Origin: Eledone cirrhosa
Taxonomy: Eukaryota
Length of the DNA stretch: 64,000 nt
Assembly: GCA_964016885.1 (NCBI GenBank)
Contig: OZ024743.1
Location: 279,496,001 to 279,560,000, forward strand
Direction of reading: 5' to 3'
Under the pieces are notes generated by a model, which worked only from the letters and a program-made list of their open reading frames with translations, was not told the origin of the DNA and ran no database searches. Of this stretch, positions 45,776 through 59,070 are shown piece after piece. A program made the position numbers and the translations under genes. How positions within the stretch are numbered: the first letter of the stretch is position 1; every line of letters begins with the position of its first letter.

Positions 45776-47915
45776 GAAAATTTGAACAGGGACAGAACAG
45801 AGAGGCAGTACGATAAATGTTTATTAAATTCACGCTCAGGAGAGTGGGGGTTAGGTGGGGGACGACGTTTCGGGCATAAGCCCTTTTTCAGGTGAGAGTT
45901 CAAAAGGTGTGTAGGGGAGTGGTGGAGAGACATATAGCGAAAGGAAACGGTGCGAATGAAAAATTAACAAATAAAGACAAAAATATAATAAATAATAAAT
46001 AAAAATAAAGCATGATCAAAATACAAGGAATGAGAAAATTTAAAAATAAAGGCATGATCAAAATAAACTGAAATTAAAAGGGGGGTAAACAGGTGGTGGA
46101 AGGGTGTGGGTGAGTAGAGGTGGTGGTGGGTGGAGTGGGGAGAGGGAGACGGGGTGTCCGAGCGGGGAGGGCTGAAGGTGGTGTGTGTGGTTAGGTGTGC
46201 GTGTGTGTGTGTGTGTGTGTGTATGTGAAAGTGAGGGTTGGAGGAAGAACGGGGTTGCATGTTCAGGAAGGTGTGTGTGGGGGGTGTTTTTGTGGGTCGG
46301 AGGGTCTGTGCGTGTGTGGATAGGGGGGTGGGGGGAGAGGAATCAGGGGGCTGAGGGTGTAAATATGTGGTGGGAAGCACGTGTGTGTGGTTTAAGCGTG
46401 TTGTGGGTGTGGGTGGCGTGTGGATTAAAAAAAAAAAAAAAAATTGTTTTGGGGTGTGTGTGTGTGGGTGAGTTATATAGGTGATGGTGTAAGAGGATGG
46501 TTGAAAAGTGGTAAGTTACACGGATGAATGGAGATTTCGGTTAGAAGTCAAAACGCGTGTGGGTAATCCAAGAAGCGGTGGTCGGAAGAGGAGAGATGTG
46601 GGGTGCGCGCGCAACAGGAAGTGGTCAGCAGTGGAAGTGGTGTGGTCAGTTGGTGCCGAGACAGTGGTCGGAAGGGCATAGCAGCAGTCGGCGGAATGGT
46701 AGGGAGGCGAGGATGGGTAGGTGTGAGAGTTGGAGTGAGGAGGGTGTGTGTGTGTGTGTGTATTAGTAGGGGTGTTAGTGGGATGAGTGGGTGTGGAGCG
46801 GGGAGAGAAGGGTGTGTGTGGTTCTATGGAGGGAGTGTGGTGTACTGGTGTGTGTGTAGTTTGGTGCAGAGGTGTTAGTGGGTGTTAGTATACGGGAGGT
46901 GGGGAGGGGTGGAATGCAGGTGTGAGTGGGGGTTAGTGGGTGTAGGGTGTGTAGAGTTGGTGGTGTACGAGGGTGTGTGGGTACGTGTGCGTGGGTTTGG
47001 AGGGTGTTAGTGATGTTAGTTGCGTGTGGGGTGGGTGGTGTAAGTGGGTGCGTGTGTGCGTGTGATAAGGAGGGGGGAGGAGGAGAAGAGGGGAGGGAAG
47101 GGATGTTAGTATGGTTAGTGTGGGGTGGGCGGTGAAAAGGAGGGGTGTGTTAGTGGTGTTAGTGGGGGATGAGTGTGGGGGGAGGGGGTCGGTCGAACGC
47201 TAAAGGATTAAGGGTGGGGAGTTCAGGCCGGGGGGAGTGTGGGTCTGTTAGATGAAGATGGTACGTTGTTCGACCGTAAGGCGATGGGCGGGTGTTCCGT
47301 GGAACTGGAGTAGGCCACAGACTGTGAGATGGCGTGCGGAGTGTCCAGGGCCACCAAAGTGGCGGGCGATGGGGGAACTGCCCCCGAGACGAATGTCCCG
47401 GAGGTGCTCCGTGACTCGGTCCGCCAGGCGGCGTCCCGTCTGTCCGACGTAAGTCGCGCTGCACCTCGTGCAACGAAGTCCGTAGACTAGGTTGGGGGAG
47501 GTGCAGCGGAAGGCATGCCGGACAGAGAGAGGGTGGCCGTTGGGACCCTGGAAGGTGGTGGTGTTGGTGATGTGGGGACAGGTGTTGCAGCGGGGCCTAG
47601 AACAGGGGAAGGAACCGGGGGGGACGGAGCGTGGGTTGGGGGGTAGGGAGCTGTGGACGAGGAGGGTGCGGAGATTGCGTGCGCGTTTAAAGGAGGGGAG
47701 TGGTGGGGTTGAGAAGATGTGGGAGGTGGAGGGGTCGGACTGGAGGTGTCGAAAGAGGCGGCGGATGGTGCGGTGGAGGGGTAAGGTGGAGGGGTGGTAG
47801 GTGATGGGGAAGGGGAGACAGTGGGTGGGTGTGCGGTGGCGTGGGGTGAGGGTGGTGGAGCGGGGGATAGCACGGGCGCGGGTGAGAGCGGTGTGGACGA
47901 GAGAGGGGGATATAT
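45775..47915 (-). mobile_element. GC-rich Neptune-like PLE, 5'-truncated, with long C-rich 3' UTR
   Basis: EN ORF at 47248-47931. Degenerate HHR CTGAAAA-agggc ttat gccc-GAAACGTCGTC at 45861-45891 (rc). Confidence 0.85.
47248..47915 (-). CDS. PLE thumb/linker plus GIY-YIG endonuclease (partial)
   Basis: PFPITYHP...FKRARNLRTLLVHS...FPCSRPRCNTCPHI...CTSPNLVYGLRCTRCSATYVGQTGRRLADRVTEHL. Confidence 0.85.
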
Positions 47916-48180
47916 ATATGGGGAGGGTCATATTGTTGTAATAATATTGCCAGAATTAATAACAGAACACACTCACTGTTTGGTTGGTTTTCGCTTCTGT
48001 ATCTTTCATATCAGTCAATTCATTCGGTACTCAATGTTTTCCATTGACTGACCAACGGTCAAAAATACAGATATAATATAGACACAAACACATATATATA
48101 GTCTAACAAAGTTCTGCGACACCATCAGTGGTACTATTTTGTTCCTCCTGTTGTATTGTATATCTACGCCATCTTTATTT

Positions 48181-48237
<57 letters not shown>

Positions 48238-48357
48238 TATGGTAGCTAAGTTGCGTCTAGAGGCGGTATGCCGGTTGAGCACTCTATGCTCCTACGGAGC
48301 AGAGTATGATAGAATGGAAAACGAAAAATCTGTGATGCATCGGAACTCAATTTATTG

Positions 48358-48447
48358 CGTATTACAATTGTTTCCCCGGCGAACAGCTCGAGGTGCGATC
48401 TGTGTGTGGATCGACCTGACTCTGGATTGGCAGGTTCCTCAGACACG
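48358..48447 (-). ncRNA. Hammerhead ribozyme with ~55-nt branched stem II (minus arm)
   Basis: Reverse complement of 48507-48596. Confidence 0.7.
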
Positions 48448-48506
48448 TCCAATGATTTCGGAGCAGATCCTCTTTCAGAAAGAGGATCTGCTCCGATATC
48501 AATAGA

Positions 48507-48596
48507 CGTGTCTGAGGAACCTGCCAATCCAGAGTCAGGTCGATCCACACACAGATCGCACCTCGAGCTATTCGCAGGGGAAACAATTGTAATACG
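48507..48596 (+). ncRNA. Hammerhead ribozyme with ~55-nt branched stem II (plus arm)
   Basis: cgtgt-CTGAGGA-acctgc...gcaggg-GAAAC-aatt-GTA-atacg. Confidence 0.75.
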
Positions 48597-48636
48597 CAAT
48601 AAATTGAGTTCCGATGCATCACAGATTTTCGTTTTC

Positions 48637-48784
<148 letters not shown>

Positions 48785-49139
48785 CATAATAAAGGATCAG
48801 TCAGTCTATTTTAGAGTTTATATTTATGTGTTTGTATATCAGCTTGACATGGAAACCTATTGCTTAAAATTTAACTGATCGCCCAATAGTTTGACTTTGA
48901 GACAGATGTAACTGTCATTTACATTACAGTGTGACACAATCTGGTTCAATGCTCTTAACTTTACCAGGGATCAAATGTTTGTGTGATGAAATATGCACTT
49001 TCAGGTGGAAAACTTGCAAAATTTCATTGTTCACTGAACTCACGGAGACCATTATTGAGAAGAAAATCTTTAAAATATCCACTTACTTAATTAAAAGATA
49101 TATTTACCATAGAACATATTTAAGCGCTACAACAAAGAT

Positions 49140-49550
49140 GGTTTCTGATTTAGGCCTAGAGCCAACAATTTTGGTGCAGGTAAATTCGATTAAATTGACC
49201 CCAGTGCGTTACCGGTATTTTATCGACCCTGTAAGTATGAAGGCAAAGCTAACCTCGGTGGTATTTGAAATCAGAACGTCAAGAGCCTTAACTGTATGCT
49301 GTGAAGCATGACGTCCGACGCTCTTCCGATACTGTAAATCCACCGCGCTAAGAGCTGCAGTAATAGTAGTTTCTACTTTTGGCACAAGGCCAGCAATTAT
49401 CCTAGTGCATTATGGTGCTTTATTTTATCGACCCCGTAAGGATGAAAGGCAAAGTGAACCTCAGCATGATTTGAACTCATACCGTAAAGGGGCGTAACTC
49501 TATGATGCAAAGCATGGCGTCCGACTCTCTACCGATACTGCCAATCAATG
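49140..49550 (-). mobile_element. Two adjacent tRNA-derived SINEs (49140-49345 and 49368-49550)
   Basis: Family body tttatcgaccc...gaaggcaaag...atttgaa. Confidence 0.75.
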
Positions 49551-50070
49551 GCCGTAGGAATAGGAACTGAATTCAAAAGAATTATACATTTTTCCTTATC
49601 AATGACATATTCATATTGTATCGAGTCTATATTTCAACGGTGTGCCATTAGATAGGGTAGTTGTACATTTGTCTGTGTATAGTGTCCTCGTATACATCCA
49701 TCTTTGCGATGTTTGTGTTTACTGCATCCTTGAGCAAGACAATTTATTTCACGTTATTCAAGTCCACTCATCTGGGAATAAGAGTTATTACTTATAATTC
49801 AAAGGGCCAGCCTTGTCTACACTGCGTCTTACTGAATCTTCCTGAGAACTACGTTAAATACACTTACACATGTCGGTGGAATTTTCAGCCCCATGCATTC
49901 AATTTCATGATCAGGCTTTTCCGTTGTTCAATCAAAGAAACACTTTTATTTATACTGACGGAAGTCCACCATCCAACAAAAATATGTATATATACGCGCA
50001 CGTTGTGTGCATGCGAATGTGCGCGCGTACGCATGTGTATGCATGTGTGAGTGTTAGTCCTAACCAAGCC

Positions 50071-50257
50071 TGGTGGATTGGCACTATCGGTAGAGGGTTG
50101 GCCGCCATGCTTTGCAGCAAAGAATTACGGCCCTTTATGGTCTGAGTTCAAATCCCGCCATGGTTAACTTTGCCTTTCCTCCTTACGGGGTCGATAAAAT
50201 AAAGTACCAGTATACACTGGGATAATTGCTGGCCTTGTGCCAAAAGTATAAACAATT
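50071..50257 (+). mobile_element. tRNA-derived SINE
   Basis: B-box ctgagttcaaatccc; family body. Confidence 0.8.
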
Positions 50258-50675
50258 ATATATATGACCGGGTACAGAACGAAGAGAGGACGTTTGAATG
50301 TACGCATCTAATCTCTCCAACCCCTTCTGTTATTAGTCAGAACGATGGAACCAATAATACCAAGACAACGAGCAGAAGATGGAAAGGGAAGAGAAAAAAA
50401 AAGGAATCCCAATCAAGAAGATTGTTTAGGTTTGTCGTAGGAAACGAACTGACTCCTGCGCCGATATTGGCTTATTAAATCATGTTTATTAATTAAGCTT
50501 CGATCAATATATGGATAATTGCAGCATTTGCCTTAAAAAATCTTCTTTCTTAATTGAAAATAATAATTTAGATTTTAATCAATGAATCTGATTGATAGGT
50601 ACATCGGATCAATAAATATATAGTTGTTATTATCATTATCTTGTCGTAGTATTATCATTATCATTACTACTACAC

Positions 50676-50736
<61 letters not shown>

Positions 50737-50861
50737 CAGTTTTGCTGTTGTTACTGCTGTTGTTTGTTTCTTGTGATGCTGGTTGATGGGTTCTTAAATT
50801 TCGGTTGTAATATTTATGTGTATTTTTCTCTAATTCATATATATATCGATAAAAGTCATTT

Positions 50862-50932
<71 letters not shown>

Positions 50933-51012
50933 CTGTAGCAGTGTTCTATTTGCAGTTTATAAGAAACACCTAATATCAGTACAATGGTCTGAGGGATAAC
51001 TTTATTGCTAGA

Positions 51013-51104
<92 letters not shown>

Positions 51105-51145
51105 TCTAGCAATAAAGTTATCCCTCAGACCATTGTACTGATATT

Positions 51146-51233
<88 letters not shown>

Positions 51234-51254
51234 TATATATATACACATATATGT

Positions 51255-51609
<355 letters not shown>

Positions 51610-51639
51610 GGAAAAAATGAAACGAAATTTCATTTCTCA

Positions 51640-51710
<71 letters not shown>

Positions 51711-51714
51711 CAAG

Positions 51715-51895
51715 GAAAGTGTGGTAAGAAACCAGGTGGACTATCATGCAGAGAACTCGATACTTAGAGTAGTAGAGTGGGTAATAAGAAAAGAGTCAGG
51801 ACACCGATGGCTGAGCTCCGGCCGTTTCGACAGCTAGATCTGAACTAGCTGTTGAAACGGCCGGAGCTCAGCCGTCGAAGTCCTGACTTTTTTCC

Positions 51896-51900
<5 letters not shown>
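51715..51900. mobile_element. Miniature inverted PLE-end insertion, family C
   Basis: 51786-51837 is rc of 51845-51897. Confidence 0.65.
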
Positions 51901-51977
<77 letters not shown>

Positions 51978-53368
51978 TGTTACTAAAACGTCTAAACTAC
52001 AACCATCACTGGCAATCGAGTATGACTTGGTTCTATGGAAGATAAAGGCATGTTTATGCCCCTCCCTCCACGTTTATCAACCAGAACATTCAGGAAGTGA
52101 CAGGTGGAATGAGAGAGAGCTGCACAAGTAGTGGGCTGGTACTTTAACATTCAACTCCGAGAAGGTGAAAGGCAATGTGGGCCTCTGCACGATTTAAAAC
52201 GTAGAACCCGGAACAAATATCCAACGCTTTAACAACCTTATTGTTAATAGTTGATTTTCATGAAAATATGTTGTAAAATGTAGAATTTCCATGGGTCCCG
52301 ATAGTTTATTTCTCAACGCTGTAAGCATGCTAACGATGGCAACGATGCTAAAAATGTTGTTGGTGATTGTATTAATAAAGATAGTAAGGTTTACGTTGCC
52401 GATTGGTTTAACAATAACAATGTTAATATTGTTCTTTTAGCAAAACGGTTCTCAAATACCAAAGTAGATTATGGTACATAAAAAGAGAAAACCTTTTTAA
52501 AAAATCGCATTCAATAGCGAGTGATATAAATGAGTTAAACGATATCCTATAAGCTTGCATACTCATAACAATAAAAAATGCTGGAATAAATATACAACGT
52601 TGCGTTACAAAAGATGGAAGCATCAACATATATTAGGGAATTGAAAGAGGAGTAGTTTAAGCATAGAATAAACACTTTACATAGCGAAGCAAGTAAAATA
52701 ACTCATATGGCACTAGGCACCCGTTCCCCCCAAAAATAACAAAAACACATACCGTATATAATTACATAGAAAATAAACAATAAACAAACATAACTACTAA
52801 CTCTTGATAGTTTAACACGAATGTATCCGCTTCAGCTAACAGGTTGAATAGAAAAAAACATTGGAGAGAAAAGTCCATTCAAAACAGCTTCTTTGAAAAC
52901 AATCCTCAAAAACATTATAGGACAATTGGAGGTAACAAAATGAAATCAAATAGGATACCCACTCTAGAATAATACATTTGGGAAAACGAAGTTCCATATT
53001 TTATACTTAAACAATTAGAAGGATGTTTATCAACAAAATACAATAAAACCCATTACTCTAAAATATGGCAATGTGTCATTGAAAGCTTACAGTAAAGAAC
53101 TTCGAAAGCTTTAAAATCTGTAGCATTTAAAACATAAAAGATGTTGTCTGTTGTCATTTGGCATACTATATTCTCAGACAATGGCCAGTTTCAGCACGTT
53201 CCTACACAATCTTTACCAAGTACGTAGATAGTAGGACAACAGTGCTCGCAATAAATGTCCAACAGATGACATATCTATGTACGGTTCCATCACGGTGATA
53301 TAAATATTGTTCTCTAAAATATAATCCAACAGAAGAACCGAATATTTAATAATAAAACTCTCTCACCA

Positions 53369-55020
53369 TCCGCCGGGGAAACAGCTTCTCTATTCTGTCC
53401 GCTGGGGAAACAGCTTCTCTATTCTGTCCGCCGGGGAATCGCCTTCTCTATTCTGTCCGCCGGGGAATCGCCTTCTCTATTCTGTCCGCCGGGGAATCGC
53501 CTTCTCTATTCTGTCCGCTGGGGAATCGCCTTCTCTATTCTGTCCGCTGGGGAATCGCCTTCTCTATTCTGTCCGCCGGGGAATCGCCTTCTCTATTCTG
53601 TCCGCTGGGGAATCGCCTTCTCTATTCTGTCCGCTGGGGAATCGCCTTCTCTATTCTGTCCGCCGGGGAATCGCCTTCTCTATTCTGTCCGCCGGGGAAT
53701 CGCCTTCTCTATTCTGTCCGCTGGGGAATCGCCTTCTCTATTCTGTCCGCTGGGGAATCGCCTTCTCTATTCTGTCCGCTGGGGAATCGCCTTCTCTATT
53801 CTGTCCGCCGGGGAATCGCCTTCTCTATTCTGTCCGCTGGGGAATCGCCTTCTCTATTCTGTCCGCTGGGGAATCGCCTTCTCTATTCTGTCCGCCGGGG
53901 AATCGCCTTCTCTATTCTGTCCGCCGGGGAATCGCCTTCTCTATTCTGTCCGCCGGGGAATCGCCTTCTCTATTCTGTCCGCCGGGGAATCGCCTTCTCT
54001 ATTCTGTCCGCTGGGGAATCGCCTTCTCTATTCTGTCCGCTGGGGAATCGCCTTCTCTATTCTGTCCGCCGGGGAATCGCCTTCTCTATTCTGTCCGCCG
54101 GGGAATCGCCTTCTCTATTCTGTCCGCCGGGGAATCGCCTTCTCTATTCTGTCCGCTGGGGAATCGCCTTCTCTATTCTGTCCGCCGGGGAATCGCCTTC
54201 TCTATTCTGTCCGCCGGGGAAACAGCTTCTCTATTCTGTCCGCCGGGGAAACAGCTTCTCTATTCTGTCCGCCGGGGAATCGCCTTCTCTATTCTGTCCG
54301 CTGGGGAAACAGCTTCTCTATTCTGTCCGCCGGGGAATCGCCTTCTCTATTCTGTCCGCTGGGGAAACAGCTTCTCTATTCTGTCCGCCGGGGAAACAGC
54401 TTCTCTATTCTGTCCGCCGGGGAATCGCCTTCTCTATTCTGTCCGCCGGGGAATCGCCTTCTCTATTCTGTCCGCTGGGGAAACAGCTTCTCTATTCTGT
54501 CCGCTGGGGAATCGCCTTCTCTATTCTGTCCGCCGGGGAAACAGCTTCTCTATTCTGTCCGCCGGGGAAACAGCTTCTCTATTCTGTCCGCCGGGGAAAC
54601 AGCTTCTCTATTCTGTCCGCCGGGGAATCGCCTTCTCTATTCTGTCCGCTGGGGAAACAGCTTCTCTATTCTGTCCGCCGGGGAATCGCCTTCTCTATTC
54701 TGTCCGCTGGGGAAACAGCTTCTCTATTCTGTCCGCCGGGGAATCGCCTTCTCTATTCTGTCCGCCGGGGAATCGCCTTCTCTATTCTGTCCGCCGGGGA
54801 AACAGCTTCTCTATTCTGTCCGCCGGGGAAACAGCTTCTCTATTCTGTCCGCCGGGGAATCGCCTTCTCTATTCTGTCCGCCGGGGAATCGCCTTCTCTA
54901 TTCTGTCCGCCGGGGAAACAGCTTCTCTATTCTGTCCGCCGGGGAAACAGCTTCTCTATTCTGTCCGCCGGGGAAACAGCTTCTCTATTCTGTCCGCCGG
55001 GGAATCGCCTTCTCTATTCT
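53369..55020. repeat. 29-bp GC-rich minisatellite, ~57 copies
   Basis: Unit ctgtccgcYggggaa(acag|tcgc)cttctctatt; 1652 bp / 29. Confidence 0.95.
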
Positions 55021-56051
55021 GAGCGTCGTGAGCGCAGGACGACCAGGGCGCGGGCCACCATTTGTTTATAATAGTTAGTGATGGGTAGTGTGAGAGAGAC
55101 GGAGGCAGTGACGATGGGAATTTGATTCCATTATGCCCAGACTTAATACATATGTATATAATTATTTACCACACCCCAAAACCGTATTTTATCATTTAAA
55201 AAAGGTTCTTAATTTATGAACATAACTTAATTTGGAACATAACTTAAAGGTTATTATACCATATTGGAACATAACTTAAGAATGAAAATGTAAATCCCGC
55301 TGTACAAAGTGATTATGTGTCCAGTGTGTACTAAAGATGCCGAGGACCATGGTAACGAAGTGTTGCTGGGTAATGCGAAATGTTCGCACAATGAACTCGT
55401 TATTCAAAAATCATTGAAGTAGCATTCATGTATTCCATATATAAATGTAGTTTTAACATAATCACCAACTGGAATCAGCGTGAGAGCGCTGGACCTTTTA
55501 CTCATCTGACATGTTTTCATACATTTGCTGTAAATCGAGATTAGACCATTCCAAGGAGGAAGTATAGTTAGACCTAGTGACATATGAAGAAGAGTTTCTA
55601 TTGCAGATCAGTTTATTATATATGAATTAGTGGGGCCATACCACCAATAATGACGGCAATGACATTGAACATATTTATTTTTTAGCCCGTGATTTGTAAA
55701 CCATTATATACCGGAATTGCCAGAACAGAGTCGGACATTTTCATTTCGTTAAGAAAAACCTTACAGTTTTGTTCATTACTGACACATGGAAGTGATTAAA
55801 TATAAGGACGATAATTTATAATTCATTTCTAGGATATAAATATATAGATGTTAAATATACGTTTAGAAATACAGGATTAAGTTTATGTGTAACGTTGAAG
55901 AAAATGTATGCCTAGAACCTAAGACCTTGTTATTGGAAAGCGAAATTCCTATTGCAACCACCTGATTAAGCTCGGAAATGCATTAATAGCATGTGTGTAT
56001 TAGTATAGTACATATGATTTTCTGTGTGAATTTTAAAGACCTGTAACCCAC

Positions 56052-56106
<55 letters not shown>

Positions 56107-56113
56107 CATATAT

Positions 56114-57043
56114 AAAGTTATGAAACGAAAGGAGCTGTGTGGTTACTAAAATCAAGGTTTAGGATGCTGGTTAGGACGGAACAGAAAGAGAAAGGAAGAA
56201 AGGAGTTTCCATCGTAAACTGTAAATGTTTCCTGAACCGATGTTTCGGCGCTGAATTACAGGACATCGGTGTATTTCGGGTGCGCGGAGGCCTTTTATTA
56301 ATCAAAGGGCCAGGCAGAAAAGGAGAGAGAACGAGAGAAAAAAGGAGGAGAAAAAAGGAGAGAGAAAAGGAAGAACAGGGAAAGGAGGAAGAATAGGAGG
56401 AAAAAGATGAGGAGAGAGGAAGAAATGGGGGAAGGGAAAAGGGGAAAAAATAGGAAAGGAATAGGAGAAAAAAGTGTACAGGTCCCATCGTGGGAAGACA
56501 CAGGTGAAAGAAACATGCAAAAAAATAACCGTGGAAAAATAGGGAAAGTAAGTAAGTTGTGGCCAACCTGGCGGACATTAGCCTGGTGGTCAGCTACGAC
56601 TCAGAACTCGTATAATCGTGCTGCCTCTCACATAGGCAGGAGAAAGTGAGAGAGAGACACAGCACCAAATGTGAGGAGGAGAAGGGAAAGGGAGATACTC
56701 CAGAAGGGTTTTTTTACGACGGTGTTATAAACGTGCCGCAAAGATTGCAGACAGAGAGGCCACCACGGCACCTGTAAACATGTCAACAATCAAAACCGAA
56801 CTGATGGATAGATAGAGAGAAAAAAAACCAGAGTGACGAGGAGAAGGGAAGAGAGAAGGGAGGGTAGATGCGAAAGTGTGGGGGGAACACAGATCGACCA
56901 AAGCAGGTAGGGTCACAGAGGTAAATACAAAAAGTTATAAAACGAAAGGAGATGTGTCGCTATTAAAAACAAGGTTTTGGATGGTAGTTAGGACGGAACA
57001 GGAGGAGAAAGGAAGAAAGGAGTTTCCATCGTCAGTTGTAAAA
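56114..57043 (-). mobile_element. 817-bp non-coding unit with ~110-bp terminal direct repeat carrying a permuted HHR
   Basis: 56114-56225 is repeated at 56931-57042. Related to 60175-60320. Confidence 0.6.
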
Positions 57044-57108
57044 ATATAAGTATAACAATATCTGTTTCGACACACGATTTCATATAAAAAACCTCGCTAA
57101 ACTAATTC

Positions 57109-57138
<30 letters not shown>

Positions 57139-57141
<3 letters not shown>

Positions 57142-57592
57142 AAAGTTCTATTTAAATTGTTGGGATACAACAAGCAAATATTTTTATAACTGATATAAAG
57201 CACTCAACAAATAATTGGAGTAAAAATACGATATTAACAAATGGAAACTATATTTATAAAACCATATTTATTTCATTATACATATTTCAAGGACACCAAG
57301 TTAAATTATGGTGTGCTTTCATCAGATAAAATATAATATAGAGCAGTTTTATAAATAAATATTGAAATACCCTTAAAGAATGCAACCATTACTGTTGGAA
57401 GCTCCCATTACTGTTGGGTGCTTCCAACAGTAATGGTTGCATTCTTTAAGGGTATGTCAATATTTATTTATAAAACTGCTCTATATTATATTTTATCTCA
57501 TGAAAGCACACCATAATTTAACTTGGTGTCCTTGAAATATGTATAATGAAATAAATATCGTTTTATAAATATAGTTTCCATTTGTTAATATC

Positions 57593-57595
<3 letters not shown>
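57139..57595. mobile_element. Family A fold-back insertion (176-bp arms) with HHR at 57269-57333 (minus)
   Basis: 57227-57402 is rc of 57420-57595, with a tail at 57139-57226. Confidence 0.8.
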
Positions 57596-57640
<45 letters not shown>

Positions 57641-58313
57641 GTAACCTGTATATATTAATAATAACATTCGATTCGTTTGCAATTATGCAAACAAGCCTCA
57701 AATTTGTAGCCATGTCAGTAGAATTCTTTTATATATATATATATATTGTGAGTGTACAAATGCACATAGCGTAGTATTATGGTTGCTTATTAACTCCGTT
57801 CTCTGACTATGGTTAGAACTGATTGCTTCTAGTAACTTCTAGTAACTTCTGGTAACAATCATGTAATCATTATTCCCTCCATACCAATTCAGTGTAGACA
57901 CATAACATTTCTATACGTGGTTGTAAATTAAAATGTCTATAAGATATATAGAGCTGTACAGAATCAATCTTCACTATATACACTGCTCTTAGAAAAGCTT
58001 CATAGGTGTCGGGAAAACAGTTTCTGACTTCAGTATCTCTCCTCAGCATAACTCTGATGTCCTGCTGCCATTTAACTCAACTATCAACGTACTGCTATTC
58101 GTTTACCCAATTATACACTTACTGCTTTCAGTCGTTGGACCGTGGCCGTGCTGGCGCACCGCTTTGAATGCGTTTCCTCTATTATATGGATGCCAATATT
58201 TGTTCTTAAAATTGATACTTAATTTATCGAATTCTGTTCTGTCGAGCCGCAAGATAACGATACATGAAGAAACATAAAACTTTAACACAGACACGAACAT
58301 ACAAGCATACACA

Positions 58314-58480
<167 letters not shown>

Positions 58481-58551
58481 CTATCTATGTATCTATCGAT
58501 CTATTTATGTATCGATCTATCTATCTTTCTATCTATCTATCTATCTATCTA

Positions 58552-58676
<125 letters not shown>

Positions 58677-58716
58677 GATATTAAATAAATGGGAACTATA
58701 TTTATAAAACCATATT

Positions 58717-58782
58717 TATTTCATTATATATATTTCAGGGATATCATATTAAAAATATGGTATGCCTTCTTCAGACAAAATA
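58717..58782 (-). ncRNA. Type I hammerhead ribozyme (family A pseudo-LTR)
   Basis: rc: tattttgt-CTGAAGA-aggcataccatattt...aatatgatatccct-GAAA-tatatATA-atgaaata. Confidence 0.8.
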
Positions 58783-59038
58783 CAATATAAACAGTCTTAT
58801 AAATAGATAGATTTGACATACCTTACAACTTCAACTTCCATTTAAAAAGTTGATTTGGTAGTGAAAAATGTTAGGGACAGTTATAAAAAGAAAGAAAGAA
58901 AAAAAGCGAAGAAAAAGAAGAAATGCATGCAGCTAAACAGAGAGAGATAGATATAGAGAGATAGATAGAGAGAAGAAATTCATGTAAAGAAACAGAGAGA
59001 GAGAGATAGAAAGAGAAAAAACACAGAGGGAGATAGAT

Positions 59039-59070
<32 letters not shown>

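Noticed and set aside
53369-55020. 29-bp repeat array as a CRISPR
   Set aside because: Contiguous repeats without unique spacers, no cas genes, eukaryotic context.
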